Shown: piece after piece, positions 18,761-28,775 of the stretch
How positions within the stretch are numbered: position 1 is the first letter of the stretch
Layout: each line of letters begins with the position of its first letter
NCBI GenBank assembly: GCA_003552985.1
Contig: PUPD01000115.1
Coordinates: forward strand, 1 to 62,080
Source of the DNA: Spirochaetaceae bacterium
GTDB lineage: Bacteria > Spirochaetota > Spirochaetia > DSM-27196 > SLAA01
DNA: 62,080 bases
Reading direction: 5' to 3'
Notes under the pieces: generated by a model
What the model saw: the letters and a program-made list of their open reading frames with translations, nothing else
What the model was told of the DNA's origin: nothing
Databases searched by the model: none
Translations under genes and position numbers: made by a program

Positions 18761-20092
18761 TCATGCGAACCGCCAGGCAGCAGGGTAATCACGGTCGTAC
18801 TCAATCTCGGCGTAGTAAATGCCTGAGACCTCGCGCTCTTCATCATTTATAACAACACCGGTCTTGAATGGAGAGTTCAGCGACTTGGGTCGAACGCGAT
18901 GAGCGATGATCTGGCGGTTGCCGCCGCAATGGGGAAGCACCTTCGCCTGATCCACCACCGGCAAGCTCACATCTCGAATCGGGATTCCGCGTTCTACGCT
19001 GTCAAAAACGGTTCGGCAGTTTGAGGCACGAAAGCTTCCGCTAGTGTCTACATCCCACATGTATAACGGGTTGCGTTCGTGTGGATAAGGTGTCAAATGA
19101 GGCTCGTTTGAGAACACCCGCACTACTCCATCGGCACACCTGAAGGCTGTGATAGGCGCGGCGCTGATGGGATCAGTGTAGGTGGGCTCAGGAATCGAGC
19201 CGAACGGGTCGTCGAGACTCATCCAGGCAACCGGCCCGCCTTTAGGCGCGGCCATGCTCGACTTGACACGCGCCATGAATGTCCAACCGTCCGGCGAGCC
19301 GACTACGGCGGACTCGAATAAGCCGGCGACCGAAAGTGGTCCGCAATCGGTCCATTCGTAGAGCCCCGCCGCCGGGTTGAAGGTCATTCTGAAGGTCGCA
19401 ACTCGGCTCGTGCCGGCTATGTCTTCATAAGACGATGAGCCGATCCACTCGGTTGCCACTTCATTGAAAGGAACGGGCGGATTCATCGTCAATACCATCC
19501 GGCGCGTCTCTAAGTCGCAGAACGTGTATCCGTGCTCGTGGTACTTCTGCCGCAGCGCCATCGTCGGTTGAACGATTTCAAAGTCATCTTCGCTTTCGTT
19601 CAGGCGTACCTGGATCCACTCGGTGATCGAGACGTCCAGTAGCTTCTGTACCGATTTCTTGTAGTGCAGCATGAATCCCGTCTTTGGGTCGATCTCGCGG
19701 ATCTCACGATGCCACATGAAGACGAACAAACCGGCATGCGCCGGTACTTCACCGTCCATTAGCGCTCCGCTCGGGACGCCGAAGACCAGAGGATGCAAGT
19801 GTGCTCGGACGTACTTCTTCCCATCGTCGAACGGGGCCCAATCATTGATCGACTTGGCCAGACAGACCTCTCGAAGCAAAGGCCCGTCATAAGCCCCGTC
19901 GCGGATCTGACAGATAACCGAAACATTGTCGTCCGAGCCTCGCCATCCCCGCGTCGTATACAGCACCAGGAAGCGATTCGGGCTCGCCTGCATACCGTTA
20001 ATATGTCCCGGAAAGAGCCCTTCCGCCCGCGTCTCGCCTCCGAGGCTGCATTCGTGAATCAGTTTGCCCTTGTAACTCAAGTTCTTAATCAT
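18761..20092 (-). CDS. Uncharacterised 443-aa cytoplasmic protein; last gene of the transporter-sulfatase operon
   Basis: Long ORF in the same orientation, 47 nt downstream of the sulfatase. It has no signal peptide and no motif I can assign. Confidence 0.4.
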   Translation of the reverse strand: MIKNLSYKGKLIHECSLGGETRAEGLFPGHINGMQASPNRFLVLYTTRGWRGSDDNVSVICQIRDGAYDGPLLREVCLAKSINDWAPFDDGKKYVRAHLHPLVFGVPSGALMDGEVPAHAGLFVFMWHREIREIDPKTGFMLHYKKSVQKLLDVSITEWIQVRLNESEDDFEIVQPTMALRQKYHEHGYTFCDLETRRMVLTMNPPVPFNEVATEWIGSSSYEDIAGTSRVATFRMTFNPAAGLYEWTDCGPLSVAGLFESAVVGSPDGWTFMARVKSSMAAPKGGPVAWMSLDDPFGSIPEPTYTDPISAAPITAFRCADGVVRVFSNEPHLTPYPHERNPLYMWDVDTSGSFRASNCRTVFDSVERGIPIRDVSLPVVDQAKVLPHCGGNRQIIAHRVRPKSLNSPFKTGVVINDEEREVSGIYYAEIEYDRDYPAAWRFA

Positions 20093-20139
20093 TGTGTCTC
20101 CCTTCCTGCGATGCTCTATGTTGGAATGAAGGTGTAGTG

Positions 20140-21585
20140 CTAATATGGCCTCGTGGGACTAACTCCTGTATCGACAGTGGACATGAAAGCGTCGAAGCTG
20201 CGGCGAATCAGTGCGTCGCGTATTTCTCGGCACGCCGGATCATCCCACAAATCCACGAACTCACCCGGGTCGTCATTCATGTTGTAGAGCTCACCGATTC
20301 CGGAGGTGTGGTACTGCACGAGCTTCCACTGTCGGTCCCGATACATCGTGGCGCGACTATGGCTTTCGGGCCCGAGTGATGCGAGGTATTCGCAACGCAC
20401 AGCCTCTCTGTGCACTGCGCCGCCCGGTTCCGAGCCGTCCAGCAATGGTGCGAAGGATCGGCCCTGCATGCGTTCGGGGACCGCCAGTCCTGCGAGCTCC
20501 AGCAACGTAGGGGCCAGATCGGTCAGCTCCACCAGGGCATCGAGCTGCCGATTCTCCGCCACCCTTCCCGGCCAAGCGACGACGAGAGGCACCCTCACGA
20601 GGCTGTCGTAGAATCGACAACCCTTTTGAACCAAACCGTGGTCACCCAGCATTTCCCCGTGATCGCTCATGAACACGATCAATGTATTCTCAAACTGTCC
20701 GGTGTCTTCAAGCGATCTCAGAACCCGACCCACTTGCGCATCCACAAATTCTACCAGAGCGAAGTACGCAGCCTGAAGCTCACGCCCCCCGAACTCAGCT
20801 GGGTTACGCGGACTGGTCTGGAACTCCACACCATGCTTCTCCAGCCGGAGCTGATGTTGCAAATCCGACTCGCGGAACAGCGGCCCCGGGAGGTCGTCCG
20901 GCCTGTATCGCTTGAAATACTCATACGGTGGATTGAACGGTGGGTGCGGTTCGAAGATGTTCATGCACAGCAGCCACGGAGAACGCGCGCTGCGCACAAA
21001 CTGTTCGGCCCGTTCGGCGGCCCACGTGAGATGATGATGCTCGGGAGGAACGTTGTCTTGCTCGGCGGTGGGCACGATCGCTCGATCCTTGCGGGTGTCC
21101 CGCAGGCGCAACACCTCTGCCGGATCTAACCCCTTGTCGGCAAGCCACCGTGCGTACGCGTGGTCGCGCTGATCCCACAATGGTCGGGGTGAGTGACTCC
21201 AATCGAATACTCGAAAGCCGTCGTTCACCCGTGGCTCAGCCCGTTCCGAACAGCCTGCAATATGTAGCTTCCCGACTAACCCGCAGTCGTAACCGGCTTC
21301 GGCGAGCAAGCGGCTTACCAATGTGTCCTCCTCCCGGGAAGGGAAGAAGTCGTTGCCGTTCGTGGTTACGCCTACGGCGGAAGGATACCGACCGGTCATG
21401 AAGCTCGCTCGGCTTGGAGTGCAAATAGGATTCTGACAGTAGGCGTGCGAAAAAGCCGTGCCTTGTGCCACTAATCGGTCCAGGTTCGGAGTGCGCACAG
21501 CGGGATTACCCAGGGCCGCTACCGTGTCGAACCGCTGCTGATCGGTGCAAACCCAGAGTATGTTCGGTCTTTCGGTTGTGCTCAT
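20140..21585 (-). CDS. Sulfatase (arylsulfatase family, Cys-type), no signal peptide
   Basis: The start at MSTTERPNILWVCTDQQRFD has a GGAGG RBS; the longer ORF would overlap the upstream ATPase gene. The formylglycine motif is CTPSRASFMTGR. Confidence 0.85.
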   Translation of the reverse strand: MSTTERPNILWVCTDQQRFDTVAALGNPAVRTPNLDRLVAQGTAFSHAYCQNPICTPSRASFMTGRYPSAVGVTTNGNDFFPSREEDTLVSRLLAEAGYDCGLVGKLHIAGCSERAEPRVNDGFRVFDWSHSPRPLWDQRDHAYARWLADKGLDPAEVLRLRDTRKDRAIVPTAEQDNVPPEHHHLTWAAERAEQFVRSARSPWLLCMNIFEPHPPFNPPYEYFKRYRPDDLPGPLFRESDLQHQLRLEKHGVEFQTSPRNPAEFGGRELQAAYFALVEFVDAQVGRVLRSLEDTGQFENTLIVFMSDHGEMLGDHGLVQKGCRFYDSLVRVPLVVAWPGRVAENRQLDALVELTDLAPTLLELAGLAVPERMQGRSFAPLLDGSEPGGAVHREAVRCEYLASLGPESHSRATMYRDRQWKLVQYHTSGIGELYNMNDDPGEFVDLWDDPACREIRDALIRRSFDAFMSTVDTGVSPTRPY

Positions 21586-21616
21586 GGTGTTCCTCCGTGC
21601 TGGGTGCGACAAATGC

Positions 21617-22663
21617 CTATTGAATGCCCTGTAACGAGAGCTCATGCGCGAAATGGCAAGCCACAGAGCGAGGTTGTTCGGGAGTACCGAGATTCCGCAG
21701 CTCCGGTTCGGTGGTCCGGCAGATCTCGCGTGCGTACGGACATCGTGGATGGAAGTAGCACCCTGACGGTGGGTCGGCTGGATTGGCCACATCCCCGGCG
21801 AGTACAACGCGCTTCTTGGTGCGAGCTACACGGGGATCCGGCTCGGGCGCCGCGGCAATAAGCGCTTCGGTGTAGGGATGCAAGGGCTGGGTGAACAGCT
21901 GCTCGGTCTCAGCGAGCTCCACGATCTTGCCGACATACATAATTGCGATGCGGTCGCTTTGATACTTGACAACCGACAAGTTGTGCGCCACAAACAAATA
22001 GGTCAGCCCTTCGAGTTTGTGTTGAAGCTCCTTTAGGAGATTGAGAACCTGCGCCTGAACTGAAACGTCCAGTGCCGAGACCGGCTCGTCGGCGATTAGA
22101 AACCGTGGATTAGGAGCCAGCGCACGAGCAATCGCGATTCGTTGGCGCTGCCCTCCGCTAAACGCGTGGGGATACCGGTCCATCAGAGACGGATCGAGCC
22201 GCACCATGCGGAGCAGCTCGGCCACCCGATCCCGAGCCGCACCGGTTCCCTTGATCAGCTTGTTGATGATCAATGGTTCGGCAATAATCTGGAAAACGGT
22301 CATCCGCGGATTCAGCGAAGAATACGGATCCTGAAAAACCAACCGGATCTTGCGGCGTAACCGGCGTACCGCCTCTTTGCTGAGTGAGGTGATGTCCACC
22401 GGATTGCCGTTGTCTAGCGAGTAAAGAATCTTCCCGTCGGTCGGCTCAACGGCGCGAATCATGCAGCGCCCGGTCGTCGTCTTGCCGCAACCGCTTTCGC
22501 CGACCAGGGCCAGGGTTTCGCCTTCGTTGATCGTGAAGCTTACGTCGTCCACGGCCTTCACCGTCCCGACGGTCTTGCGCAGCAGTCCGCGCGTAGACTC
22601 GAAATACTTTCGCAATCCGCGGACCTCGACAATGGGTCGGGCCGTATGCTCATTGTCTTTCAT
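21617..22663 (-). CDS. ABC transporter ATP-binding protein (OppF/DppF-like)
   Basis: Walker A (GESGCGKTT), the signature (FSGGQRQR) and Walker B (LIADEP). The ATGA start overlaps the preceding stop. Confidence 0.85.
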   Translation of the reverse strand: MKDNEHTARPIVEVRGLRKYFESTRGLLRKTVGTVKAVDDVSFTINEGETLALVGESGCGKTTTGRCMIRAVEPTDGKILYSLDNGNPVDITSLSKEAVRRLRRKIRLVFQDPYSSLNPRMTVFQIIAEPLIINKLIKGTGAARDRVAELLRMVRLDPSLMDRYPHAFSGGQRQRIAIARALAPNPRFLIADEPVSALDVSVQAQVLNLLKELQHKLEGLTYLFVAHNLSVVKYQSDRIAIMYVGKIVELAETEQLFTQPLHPYTEALIAAAPEPDPRVARTKKRVVLAGDVANPADPPSGCYFHPRCPYAREICRTTEPELRNLGTPEQPRSVACHFAHELSLQGIQ

Positions 22664-23670
22664 GTCTGCGCGTCCTTGGGATACAGATGACATGCAACTC
22701 GATGACCCTCCTCGACCTCGACAACTTCCGGCATCTCAAGGTCACAGACTCCTGCCATACGGTGCGCGCATCGCGGATTGAACGGGCAACCGGTCAGCGG
22801 ATCATACGGACTCGGGACCGTGCCTTGGATTGGTTCGATAACCTCGCGTCCGCGGGTCAACTTCGGGATAGAGGCCAGCAAGCCGCGCGTATACGGATGA
22901 AGCGGATTGTGGAAGATCTGCTCGACGGTGCCGAACTCAACGCCCTTTCCCAAGTACATGATCAGTACGCGATCGGCAAGCTCCGCGATAACCCCGAGGT
23001 CGTGGGTGATCATGATCACTGCCATGCCGAGCTGCCCCTGCAACTCCTTGAGCAACTCCAAGACCTGGGCCTGGATTGTGACATCGACGGCGGTTGTCGG
23101 CTCGTCGGCAATTAACACTCGGGGCCCGCACGACAGCGCCATAGCGATCATCGCCCGCTGTCGCATGCCACCACTAAGATTAAAAGGGTACTCGTCGATC
23201 GTGCTCGCGGGGTTAGGCATACCCACCCGATGTAGCATATCAATAGCACGAGCCCGCGCCTCGCGTTTGCTCAAGCCGCGGTTGTGCAAGCGAATGCTCT
23301 CGATAATCTGATTCCCGATGGTATGTACTGGACTGAACGAGGTCATCGGTTCCTGAAAGATCATGGCGATTTCTTTGCCGCGGATGCGGCGGATTTCAGG
23401 CCCTTCCTCGTCCAGAGTCAACAAGTCGACCGCAGCGCCGTTGCGACTCAACAGCACCTCGCCGTCAACAGTTCGCCCGTGCTTTGGTAGGATGCGCAGA
23501 ATCGACTGAGCGGTCACGCTCTTCCCGCAACCGCTCTCGCCGGCGATGCCAAGCACTTCGCCCGGTTTGAGCTCGAAGTCAACACCGTCGATGGCCTTCA
23601 ATGTGCCTTCGCGCGAAAAGAAGTGCGTCTTTAGATTTCGCACCGTGAGTACGTTGCCGTTGTCTGTCAT
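22660..23670 (-). CDS. ABC transporter ATP-binding protein (OppD/DppD-like)
   Basis: [16 protein letters not shown] and LIADEPTTA, plus the C-terminal oligopeptide-type extension. Confidence 0.85.
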   Translation of the reverse strand: MTDNGNVLTVRNLKTHFFSREGTLKAIDGVDFELKPGEVLGIAGESGCGKSVTAQSILRILPKHGRTVDGEVLLSRNGAAVDLLTLDEEGPEIRRIRGKEIAMIFQEPMTSFSPVHTIGNQIIESIRLHNRGLSKREARARAIDMLHRVGMPNPASTIDEYPFNLSGGMRQRAMIAMALSCGPRVLIADEPTTAVDVTIQAQVLELLKELQGQLGMAVIMITHDLGVIAELADRVLIMYLGKGVEFGTVEQIFHNPLHPYTRGLLASIPKLTRGREVIEPIQGTVPSPYDPLTGCPFNPRCAHRMAGVCDLEMPEVVEVEEGHRVACHLYPKDAQT

Positions 23671-23704
23671 CGATTAACCGACCTCACCGCGTTTGGGACA
23701 TGCC

Positions 23705-24901
23705 TCATACATTCGAGTACGGATCCGCAGCATCTCTGAGTCCGTCTCCCACGAAGTTAAACGTCAGAATAGCCACAAACACAAACACACCTGGGATGAG
23801 CAACCAGGGGGCATTAGCCATTACCCGAACGTGCTGGGCGTCCTGCAGCAACACACCCCAACTGATCGCCGGGGGCTGCAAACCCAGGCCCAGGAAACTC
23901 AGTGCCGTCTCCCCCAGTATCATCGATGGGACCTCCAACGTCAGTCTTGCGATAACGTAGCTGTAAAACGACGGCAACATATAGCGCCAGATCAGACGCC
24001 AGTTAGACGCGCCGTCGAGCTCCGCCGCTTTGACGAAGTCCTCCGTTCTTAACGACAGGAACTTGCCGCGTACCACCCGAGCCACGCCGGTCCACCCGAT
24101 AATCGAGAGAATGAGCACCACGAAGAAGTACACCCGAAGCAACGGCCAATGGATCGGTAGCGCAACACTAAGCGCCATCCAGAGCGGGATCGTCGGTATC
24201 GCCTTGATCGCTTCGATGATACGCTGGATCACAACATCTACGGTCCCGCCGAAGTAACCCGAGATTCCACCCATGATTATTCCAATGACAAAACTAATCG
24301 CGATTCCAAGCAATCCAACGCTCAGCGAAATACGTGCACCGAATACAATACGCGAGAAAAGATCGCGTCCTCGCGTATCGTTACCCATGAGCGAAATCAC
24401 ACCGTCTTCGACTCCGAATAGACGCAGATCGCTCTCGAGGAACGCTATGTTCATCAGCCGATAGGTCGACCCGCGGACAAACAAGCGAATGAACAGCTTT
24501 TCGGACCGATCCTCTTCAAAGGTCACGGCCCAGGTGTCTTCGTCGAAATCACGAACAATCGGGTACACAAAAGGACGCGCATACCATCGCCCCTCCTCGG
24601 GACAGTACAAACGCGGGCGCTGCGGAGGAGCCGTGGCGAAGTCCTCGCGAAAAGCCCGTGGGTTGTACGGCGCGACGAACTCCGCGAATATCGCCATCAG
24701 GAACAGCATCGTCATCACGCCGAGCGCAAACATCGCCAGCTTATGCCGCGCAAACTTCCACCGGATCAACTGCCATTGCGACGCAAACTCGAGCTGTCCA
24801 CTTTTCTTTTCTATGAGCTTCTCCTGACGCTTGGTCCGCCGTCGTTCTGTTAGCGCATAGAAAGCATTGTCAAGCTTACGCCAAATCGACCTGAATGACA
24901 T
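23705..24901 (-). CDS. ABC transporter permease (OppC/DppC-like)
   Basis: Polytopic protein with an EAA-type loop (AAELDGASNWRLIWRYMLP). The start is set at MSFRSIWRK, downstream of the preceding stop. Confidence 0.8.
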   Translation of the reverse strand: MSFRSIWRKLDNAFYALTERRRTKRQEKLIEKKSGQLEFASQWQLIRWKFARHKLAMFALGVMTMLFLMAIFAEFVAPYNPRAFREDFATAPPQRPRLYCPEEGRWYARPFVYPIVRDFDEDTWAVTFEEDRSEKLFIRLFVRGSTYRLMNIAFLESDLRLFGVEDGVISLMGNDTRGRDLFSRIVFGARISLSVGLLGIAISFVIGIIMGGISGYFGGTVDVVIQRIIEAIKAIPTIPLWMALSVALPIHWPLLRVYFFVVLILSIIGWTGVARVVRGKFLSLRTEDFVKAAELDGASNWRLIWRYMLPSFYSYVIARLTLEVPSMILGETALSFLGLGLQPPAISWGVLLQDAQHVRVMANAPWLLIPGVFVFVAILTFNFVGDGLRDAADPYSNV

Positions 24902-24911
24902 GACAATCCCC

Positions 24912-25901
24912 CTACATCGATGAGAAGCGGATCCGAGGGTCGATCCAGCCGAGCAAGATGTCGGATACCAGCGTTCCAATCAGTGTCAGGAACGTGAGTA
25001 CAAAAACGATTCCGCCCGCGAGATACATGTCCTGCATCTGTAGCGACCGAAAGAAGACCGGCGCCAAGGTCGGAAGCCCGAGCACAAGCGAGACCAACAT
25101 CTCCCCCGTTACAAGACTGGGGAGTGTCCACCCAATCGTACTTACGACCGGATTCACCGCAATACGAAACGGGTACTTGTAGTTGACCCGCGCCTGCGGA
25201 AGTCCTTTGGCGCGCGCAACCATGACGTACGGTTTCTGAAGCTCATCAAGGAGGTTGGCCCGCATCACTCGAACGATCTTGGCGGTTCCTTCCGTACCCA
25301 CGATCAGAGCAGGAATCCAGATGTGCCGCGCCATGTCGAGGAGGCGGGACCAGCTCCAGGCGGCATCGACGTATTCGGTGGAGAACAACCCGATCATGAC
25401 ACTTCCGGTCGCGCTGAAAACCAACCAAAGTACGACCAGGGCGAATAGGAAGTTCGGAATTCCGAGTCCAATAAACGCGACAAACGTGAAGAAGTAGTCG
25501 GCGAGTGAATACTGTCGAACGGCGGATAGCATTCCAATCGGAATTGCCACGATATATACATACAAGAACGACACCAGCGAGATCAGGATGCTATTGGGGA
25601 TACGCCGTGCGATAACCGCCGTTACCGGCGCGTTCCAGTCGAAGGAAACGCCAAGATCACCGCGCAACATGTTTCGAACCCAGCGAAAGTACTGGACGTG
25701 GATAGGTTGATCTAGTCCGTAACGTGCCCGCATCGCCTCAAGAACCGCTCTATCGACATCCTGACCACGCTCCTCGAGACGTGCCGCATGCGCGCTTACG
25801 AAATCGCCCGGCGGAGCCTGAATCACGAAGAACGCGATGCTCGACACAATGATTAGTGTCGGGATCATCAACAATAGCCTTCGAACTATGAACTCACCCA
25901 T
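24912..25901 (-). CDS. ABC transporter permease (OppB/DppB-like)
   Basis: The N-terminus (FIVRRLLLMIPTLIIVSSIAFFVIQ) and the ARAKGL motif are typical of OppB-family permeases. Confidence 0.85.
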   Translation of the reverse strand: MGEFIVRRLLLMIPTLIIVSSIAFFVIQAPPGDFVSAHAARLEERGQDVDRAVLEAMRARYGLDQPIHVQYFRWVRNMLRGDLGVSFDWNAPVTAVIARRIPNSILISLVSFLYVYIVAIPIGMLSAVRQYSLADYFFTFVAFIGLGIPNFLFALVVLWLVFSATGSVMIGLFSTEYVDAAWSWSRLLDMARHIWIPALIVGTEGTAKIVRVMRANLLDELQKPYVMVARAKGLPQARVNYKYPFRIAVNPVVSTIGWTLPSLVTGEMLVSLVLGLPTLAPVFFRSLQMQDMYLAGGIVFVLTFLTLIGTLVSDILLGWIDPRIRFSSM

Positions 25902-25978
25902 ATCCCACCTCTCAGGCGATCACGGACGACTGTAATTGCCGTTGGCTCGGGCTCAACTCGGCACCATAATAACACGCT

Positions 25979-25992
25979 CCGACATATGACTC
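25979..25992 (+). promoter_or_regulatory. Motif copy 4: CCGACATATGACTC
   Basis: It has the GACATATGACT core and lies about 80 nt upstream of the permease operon start, in the probable 5' leader of the minus-strand transcript. Confidence 0.45.
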
Positions 25993-26077
25993 AAGCTTGA
26001 ATCATAACTGAGCAACGGCACCGCCGGCCGCAGGAACGAGCTTATCCGCACGCTCCCCACTCGTATTTCGGAGAAAT

Positions 26078-26106
26078 AGACTAACCCATGTTACGTCATA
26101 TGTCAA
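26078..26106 (-). promoter_or_regulatory. Putative promoter of the ABC importer-sulfatase operon. The -35 TTGACA lies inside motif copy 5; the -10 is a weak TAGTCT after 17 nt.
   Basis: The minus strand reads TTGACA-tatgacgtaacatgggt-TAGTCT. Confidence 0.35.
26093..26106 (-). promoter_or_regulatory. Motif copy 5: TTGACATATGACGT
   Basis: The plus strand reads acgtcatatgtcaa, one mismatch from copies 1 and 9. Confidence 0.55.
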
Positions 26107-26225
26107 CTCTTTCTCCCTCGGGGACCTACGTGCCCGGCCGCGACCAATTCGGAACGTGAGTTCTCGCATGGCGCTGCCGACCCGGGGCATCGTTTCGCCT
26201 TCGCCGGTCTGATTCGTGTCCCGTG

Positions 26226-26253
26226 TTGACATCGCAGGAATCGGTCGTATAAG
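26226..26253 (+). promoter_or_regulatory. Putative sigma70 promoter of the sulfatase gene at 26341 (TTGACA-16 nt-TATAAG)
   Basis: A perfect -35 at 26226-26231 and a -10 at 26248-26253. Confidence 0.45.
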
Positions 26254-26255
26254 TT

Positions 26256-26269
26256 ATGACATGGGTCAC
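26256..26269 (+). promoter_or_regulatory. Motif copy 6 (palindromic variant): ATGACATGGGTCAC
   Basis: It lies immediately after the putative -10. Over the shared 13-nt TGACATG-N-GTCAC core it differs by one base from the site upstream of the GntR gene (TGACATGTGTCAC). Confidence 0.45.
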
Positions 26270-26340
26270 TTTTTGCTTTGCTTTTCTCCGGCCGGGACTA
26301 CGTTCGATTCCGGTATCGATGCCTGCGTGCGGAGGGGACC

Positions 26341-27783
26341 ATGAACGTTGTCATGATTAACAGCGATCAACACAATCCGGAGTTCTCCGGCTGTTACGGG
26401 GGGGCAACCCGCACGCCTAATATCGACCGCCTAGCTCAGAAAGGTGTCCGTTTCGAGAACGCCTACTGCAACTATCCGCTCTGTGCCCCATCACGAGCGT
26501 CTACCTTCACAGGCAGATACGCGCACGAGATCGGAGCTTGGGACAACAGCTCGGCGTATGACGGCACTCTCCCGGATTGGGGCCACCACCTGCGTGATAA
26601 CGGTATTCACACGGCCCTCGTCGGCCGGTTGGATTTCACGGCCGGGGGTGATTACGGCTTTGAAACCGTAATAGAGCCGGTGTTTCGGCATGGCCTCGAC
26701 GTGACCGGGCTGTGTCGCGGCGACTACTTGGTGCGCCGAGAGAAAGTAGGGAAGAAGATGTGGAACGTCAAGACGCGAATCGCCGGGCAGACGCCCGAAC
26801 CGGACGTTGCCACCACCGACCATGCCATAGATTGGCTATTACATCGACGACCCAGTGAGCGGCCCTGGGTGCTGACGATCGGGTATTATCGACCTCATCC
26901 TCGCTGGCAACCACGACGCGAGCTCTTCGAGTATTACCGCGGTGTGCTGAAGCGACTGCCGGACAAGTACTACCAGCAGTTCGACCAGTTGAATCACGTC
27001 GAACAGGTGCAGAGTTTCTATACCTGCGGGTACACCCAGGGCGATGAACGGCTCCCGGACGTGCACGCGGCGTACCACGCAACGGTTGAAGAGCTCGACG
27101 AACAAGTTGGTCGCGTGCTGGATGCCCTGGATGAATGCGGAGCTCGAGAAAACACGGTGCTTATATACAGCTCCGATCACGGTGAGATGGCACGCGCACA
27201 CGGCGCGTGGGGCAAAGTATCGCTGTATGAGGATTCGATTCGAGTACCGCTGATCATCAGCGGACCGGGTGTCCCGCAGGGCTTAACTATACGCACGCCG
27301 GTATCGCTCATTGACCTGTACCCAACAATCAATGATCTTCTCGGTCTGGAAAGAGGGATCTTCGCCCGCGGCACCTCCCTCATGCGGGTAGCAGCCGATC
27401 GCGACCACGCGTACGATTCTGCCTTCGTATTTGCGGAGTCGCATCTTTATCCGCGCGTAAGCGGCTCGTTCGCTGTGCGCCGAGGTCGATGGAAGCTCAT
27501 TGAGTACGTCGATCATCCTCCAATGTTGTTCGATCTCGAGGAAGATCCGCAGGAGCTGAACAACCTCGTGTCCGACACCAATAGCGACGCTGTGAAAGAC
27601 AAGCTCTTGGAGCTGCGAGCATGCCTGTACTCGGTGTGCTCCGCCGAGGCGGTTGACCGGCGTGCGCGCTTCGAACAGCGACAGCGGATGCGCGAGCTCG
27701 AGAGATCAGGTCGAATGGAGGCAGAGTTGAGGAAACGCGGATTTGCGCTGGAAAACGACCAGCTTGTGTTCGTCGGCGAATAG
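26341..27783 (+). CDS. Sulfatase (Cys-type), no signal peptide
   Basis: GGAGG RBS. It starts MNVVMINSDQHN, and the formylglycine motif is CAPSRASTFTGR. Confidence 0.85.
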   Translation: MNVVMINSDQHNPEFSGCYGGATRTPNIDRLAQKGVRFENAYCNYPLCAPSRASTFTGRYAHEIGAWDNSSAYDGTLPDWGHHLRDNGIHTALVGRLDFTAGGDYGFETVIEPVFRHGLDVTGLCRGDYLVRREKVGKKMWNVKTRIAGQTPEPDVATTDHAIDWLLHRRPSERPWVLTIGYYRPHPRWQPRRELFEYYRGVLKRLPDKYYQQFDQLNHVEQVQSFYTCGYTQGDERLPDVHAAYHATVEELDEQVGRVLDALDECGARENTVLIYSSDHGEMARAHGAWGKVSLYEDSIRVPLIISGPGVPQGLTIRTPVSLIDLYPTINDLLGLERGIFARGTSLMRVAADRDHAYDSAFVFAESHLYPRVSGSFAVRRGRWKLIEYVDHPPMLFDLEEDPQELNNLVSDTNSDAVKDKLLELRACLYSVCSAEAVDRRARFEQRQRMRELERSGRMEAELRKRGFALENDQLVFVGE

Positions 27784-27803
27784 CTTCAGGCCCGTTACGA
27801 CGG

Positions 27804-28514
27804 CTAAGGAGGCGCATACAACTGAAGCTCCTGCAACCGCTTGATCACAAGATCGGGACGATCGGACCCGATGGCGTCGACACGGTACCCGGTCACCTGA
27901 TTTACGGTTTGCACGTCCACTATCTTACCCATCGCAACGACAGCGTGGCCGGCAGCATGCACCTCTTCCACCAGCCGCTGATCGAGGCGCGGATGCTTGA
28001 TATGATAGGTGTCCGCATGCGCTGACCGCAGCATCTGTACCGGATCCACCGGGTTGGTATCGGTCAACACACCCGTCGTGACTTCGGGCAACTGCTTCTT
28101 CGCTTCAAGAACTCGCCGGTGAAAGAACGAAGTGAAGCGCACACGAGTCGCCATCTGATGACGCCGCACCGTCTCGGGAGCGATCAACTCGGTCCCTTCG
28201 CCCTTAAGCTCGATCTGCAGCAGCAACCGCGAAGGGCGTAAGAACTCCAAGACCTCGTCCAGTGTAGGAATCCTTTCGCCGTCCCCGGCATCAAATCGGC
28301 GAAGCTCCGACAAAGCGAATGACGCCACCGGACCCGAGCCTTCGGTGGTGCGGTCTAGTGTCGAATCATGCATGAGGACGAGTTTCCGATCCTTGGTCAA
28401 CTGCAGATCCATCTCCACGGCATGGCAGCCGAGCTCGCGAGCGAGCGCAAACCCGGCAAGCGTGTTCTCAGGTGCAAGATCACGAGCTCCCCGGTGACCG
28501 ATAACTTGTATCAT
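27804..28514 (-). CDS. Glycerophosphodiester phosphodiesterase (GDPD family)
   Basis: The start is set at MIQVIGHRGA (HRG motif) with a GAGGTAGG RBS. EMDLQLTKD and the later family pattern are present. Confidence 0.8.
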   Translation of the reverse strand: MIQVIGHRGARDLAPENTLAGFALARELGCHAVEMDLQLTKDRKLVLMHDSTLDRTTEGSGPVASFALSELRRFDAGDGERIPTLDEVLEFLRPSRLLLQIELKGEGTELIAPETVRRHQMATRVRFTSFFHRRVLEAKKQLPEVTTGVLTDTNPVDPVQMLRSAHADTYHIKHPRLDQRLVEEVHAAGHAVVAMGKIVDVQTVNQVTGYRVDAIGSDRPDLVIKRLQELQLYAPP

Positions 28515-28583
28515 ATGTCCTACCTCTAACCTTGTCACGCATTATACCGTGGTAACCCACCCATGGCAACCACGCCATAACAA

Positions 28584-28596
28584 TGCCATATGTCAC
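28584..28596 (-). promoter_or_regulatory. Motif copy 7 (weaker): GTGACATATGGCA
   Basis: It has the TGACATATG core in the divergent region between the GDPD gene and the membrane-protein gene. Confidence 0.35.
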
Positions 28597-28775
28597 TTGT
28601 GCAAATGCCTTGATTCGAGATAGGATTACCTCCGTTGATCACACATTCCGAATCCCACTACGGCTAACTCAGAGCCGTCTGTCGTGGGCGAAATACTCGA
28701 GCAACGACGCGGATGGATGTGGCAGACGGCCGGGTGGACCGGTGTGCATCGAGGAAGCGAGCGAAAGGAATGGCC

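Noticed and set aside
20140-21807. N-terminally extended versions of the sulfatase ORFs (20140-21807, 26278-27783, 35715-37325) that might encode signal peptides.
   Set aside because: The extensions overlap the upstream genes or promoter elements, are not hydrophobic, and lack an RBS. The internal ATGs have GGAGG/GGGAGA sites and start right at the conserved N-terminal sulfatase motif.
26002-26232. A 76-aa ORF in the divergent intergenic region between the importer operon and the sulfatase gene. Small ORFs at 8296-8496 and 38757-39158 lie in the other divergent regions.
   Set aside because: They overlap the predicted promoters and motif copies, have no RBS, and have no recognisable protein features. 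They are most likely chance ORFs.
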